A stretch of DNA of 64,000 nt, from positions 93,551,368 through 93,615,367 of the forward strand of contig JASCQW010000072.1 of the NCBI GenBank assembly GCA_030264375.1, given 5' to 3'. Source of the DNA: Carcharhinus longimanus. Lineage: Eukaryota. The translations under genes and the position numbers were made by a program. The number at the start of each line of letters is the position of its first letter. Within the stretch, counting starts at the first letter, position 1. The notes under the pieces are model-generated. The model ran no database searches and was not told where the DNA came from. It saw only the letters and a program-made list of their open reading frames with translations. This document shows, piece after piece, positions 61,365-64,000 of this stretch.

Positions 61365-62020
61365 GACCAGGTGTGGGCATTGTTGCTTAGGCCAGCATTT
61401 ATTGCCCATCCCTTATTGCTCTGAACAAGGTGGTGCTAAGTCACTTTCTTGAACCACTGCAGTCTATGTCGTGTTGGTAAACCTACGTGCTGTTTAAGGG
61501 GGAGTTCCAGAATTTTGACCCTGTGATAGCAAAAGGTATAGAGTTCCAAGTCAGGATGGCGATAGCTCAGAGGGAAACTTGTAGACGGTGTTTTTTCCCC
61601 CTGCATCTGCTGCCCTTGACCTTGTAGGTGGTACAAGCTGCAGGTTTGGGAAGTGCTATTAAAGGAGCCTTGGTGAGTGACTGCAGTGCACCTTGTAGAT
61701 GATATATACTGGGGCACAAATCAAGTGGACTGCAATGTCCAGGATGTTATTGAGCTTCTTGAAGCTTCACTCATCTAGGCAAGTGGAGACTATTCTATCA
61801 CACTCCTCATTTATGCCTTGTAACTGGTGAACAGGCTTTGGGGAGTCAGGAGGTGAGTTACTTGCTGCAGGATTCCTAGTTTCTGACCTGTTCTTGTAGC
61901 CACATTATTATATTGCTGGCCCAGTTCAGTTTCTGGTCAATGGCTGCTGTTAATGGGGGATTTAGCAATGGGAACACCACTGAATGTCAAAAGGAAATGG
62001 TTAGAGTCTCGCTTGTTGGA
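61365..62020 (-). mobile_element. CR1-clade LINE 3' end (candidate partner of SINE family B)
   Basis: ggccagcatttattgcccatccc tail followed by ORF2 remnants (YKA*MRSVIE*SPLA*MS). Confidence 0.85.
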
Positions 62021-62169
62021 GATTGGTTCAGCCCCATCCCTTGCTGCTGTGTACTCATTTTGGTTTCACTGGTAAATTTTAGCAAGCCCAAGAAATTGGT
62101 GGACCCAACATCAAAGTAAAAATATCACTGTAGTTGAATAATTAACATATAAAAATTGATAACCTGTTT

Positions 62170-62845
62170 TATTCATTCATGGGATGTGGACGTCGCTGGT
62201 TGGGCCTGCCAACCAGCCAAGGTGGCTTAGCACCACCTTGTTCAGGGTTAGGGTTTATTGCCCATCCCTAAATGCTCTTGATATTTTAAAGGTCATTTAA
62301 GTCAACTGCATTGATGTGGGTCTGAAGTCACATGCAAGCCTAGCTGGATATCCTCATTGTTCTGAAACAGTGTACATTAGCAGCATGCAACTCTGTTTCC
62401 ACACAGCCTCTTTGCTAAAGTAAAAGCTGTACTCGCTGCCAACATTGTGTATGATCATTTAACCAGAACGCCAATTGCGGAATTGCACAATCAAGCTTTT
62501 ATTCATTTTTTTATTCATTCATGGGCGTCAGTGCTTGGCCAGCATTTATTGTCCATGCCTAATTGCCCTTGTTCAGAGGACAGTTGAGAGTCAACCACCT
62601 CGCTGTGGCTCTGGAATCACATGTAGGCCAGACCAGGTAATGACAGCAGATTTCCTTCCTTAAAGGAACCAGATGGGTTTTTCTGACAATTGACAATGAT
62701 TTCATGGTCATCAGTAGATTCTTAATTCCACATTTTTATTATTGAATTCAAATTCCACCATCTGCTGTGACAGGATTCTGTGTCCCCTGAACGTTAGCTA
62801 AGTTTCTAGATTGATAGTCTATCGATAATACCGCTAAACCACCAC
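62170..62845 (-). mobile_element. Two SINE family B copies (~62170-62340 partial; ~62510-62845)
   Basis: attcattcatggg tails and family B body. Confidence 0.8.
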
Positions 62846-63327
62846 TTCAACCACAAACTTGGGTTTAAAGTGCAGACTTGCCACTGATTTCTACAAGACT
62901 ACTAAGAGTGAACTTGTCTAATAAGTGGGCCATGGGAGACCTCACATAACATGACAAAAAGGACCAGTGATTCAAAAATATTTTTGCCAGTATGTTATAG
63001 AGAGTTATCATAAATTATGTAGACTATCATACACTCTCTGTATGGTATTAACTAGACAATAACAATGATAGATATCGATATCTTTCACACAGAGGGTAAT
63101 ACTGTTGCTATTTGTATGAAGGAATTGTTGTAAAACTGTTTTGCTGCTGAACACCACTCCAATAACAACAAAAAGAGAGGCATTTTACCAAGTGAAAGGA
63201 GACAATTGACCATTGAGCTGACGTAAGCGAAATCCATTTCATTCCACAGTGAACTTGTAACCATCATAAAACCATCAAGAAATGCCATAGATTTTCAATA
63301 ACATAAAACACTTCCAAAAGTAACAAT

Positions 63328-63910
63328 GGGGGTGATCTCACCAAAAGAATTCTCAGTCCCGAATGAGTGTGAAAATGGGAAAGTTTCAGATCCATTTATT
63401 TAGCAAGGCCGCAAGTCCAACCTTATGCCACTGTGTGCAAAAAATGTGGAATGCACAGCTGACCCCCTCAAAGCTGGCCCCCATTGCTGATTGCGCAGCT
63501 TTACTCTGTCTGTCTCCCGTTAGACCCCAACTCATCCAGGCCCTACCTCCTCTCCTTAGAACCAACATCCCTCAGGCTCCACCCACTTGACACGACCTGG
63601 AACCTGGTTGGCACTGTCAGGGTCCCAGTCTGGCAGTGCCAATTTGGCACTGCCCAAGAGGCACTGCCCCCTTCTGCTGCAGACCTCCCGGGGGACCTCA
63701 GTGGCCTCCGGTCCCATTGGCGAGCTCACCATGACAGGTCGACATTGATGAAGACCACACATGATCCTTGCTGGTGAGGACCTTCACCGGCAAGGCAACA
63801 TAGGCAAGTGAGCCCAGAAGATTGTGTCTGGGGTTCATTAATAATATTCAAATCCACATGTAAATGGCTTTAAATATTGAGATCTGCTTTGCCAGAAATC
63901 TGGGCCCTAT
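63328..63910. mobile_element. Non-autonomous Harbinger-like element
   Basis: ggggtgatctcaccaaaagaattctcagt start similar to 11650; ends agaaatctgggccc. Confidence 0.5.
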
Positions 63911-64000
63911 AAAGGTTTCGAGAGACACAAAATCAGGTGCAATTTTTCACTTCTTGCACGATCATACTGGCTTGGGCTGCCCATCGACTGGCAGGACAAG

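Noticed and set aside
63085-63288. Hydrophobic 67-aa ORF on the minus strand
   Set aside because: No family similarity or splice support

Overview
Repeat-rich, CpG-depleted vertebrate genomic DNA with assembly gaps (N runs). The repeat content (HE1/V-SINEs, HER1/CR1 LINEs, a SacSINE1-like element, shark-type Penelope fragments) points to a shark, which is an inference from repeats only. I found no recognisable host protein-coding exon, tRNA or rRNA gene, so this is probably a large intron or gene desert. A large part of the window is decayed mobile DNA: about 20 V-SINEs with two alternative 3' tails, a second tRNA-derived SINE family, CR1, L2 and Rex1-type LINE pieces, a Gypsy gag-pol relic, a solo LTR, PIF/Harbinger relics with Myb/SANT exons and MITEs, and Penelope inverted repeats. 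Most interesting: minimal hammerhead ribozyme motifs in the Penelope hairpins; an orphan CpG island (~34.6-35.2 kb) dense in bZIP/UPRE/HRE-type ACGT sites; an IRE-like CAGUGU stem-loop in the tail of one V-SINE subfamily; a tail-spacer-head SINE-bounded block inside a Rex1 inside a MITE; a 52-bp SINE-derived minisatellite; and several TE-free candidate enhancer blocks. Boundaries were read by eye (about +/-10-30 bp) and family names come from recalled consensus similarity, not a database search.
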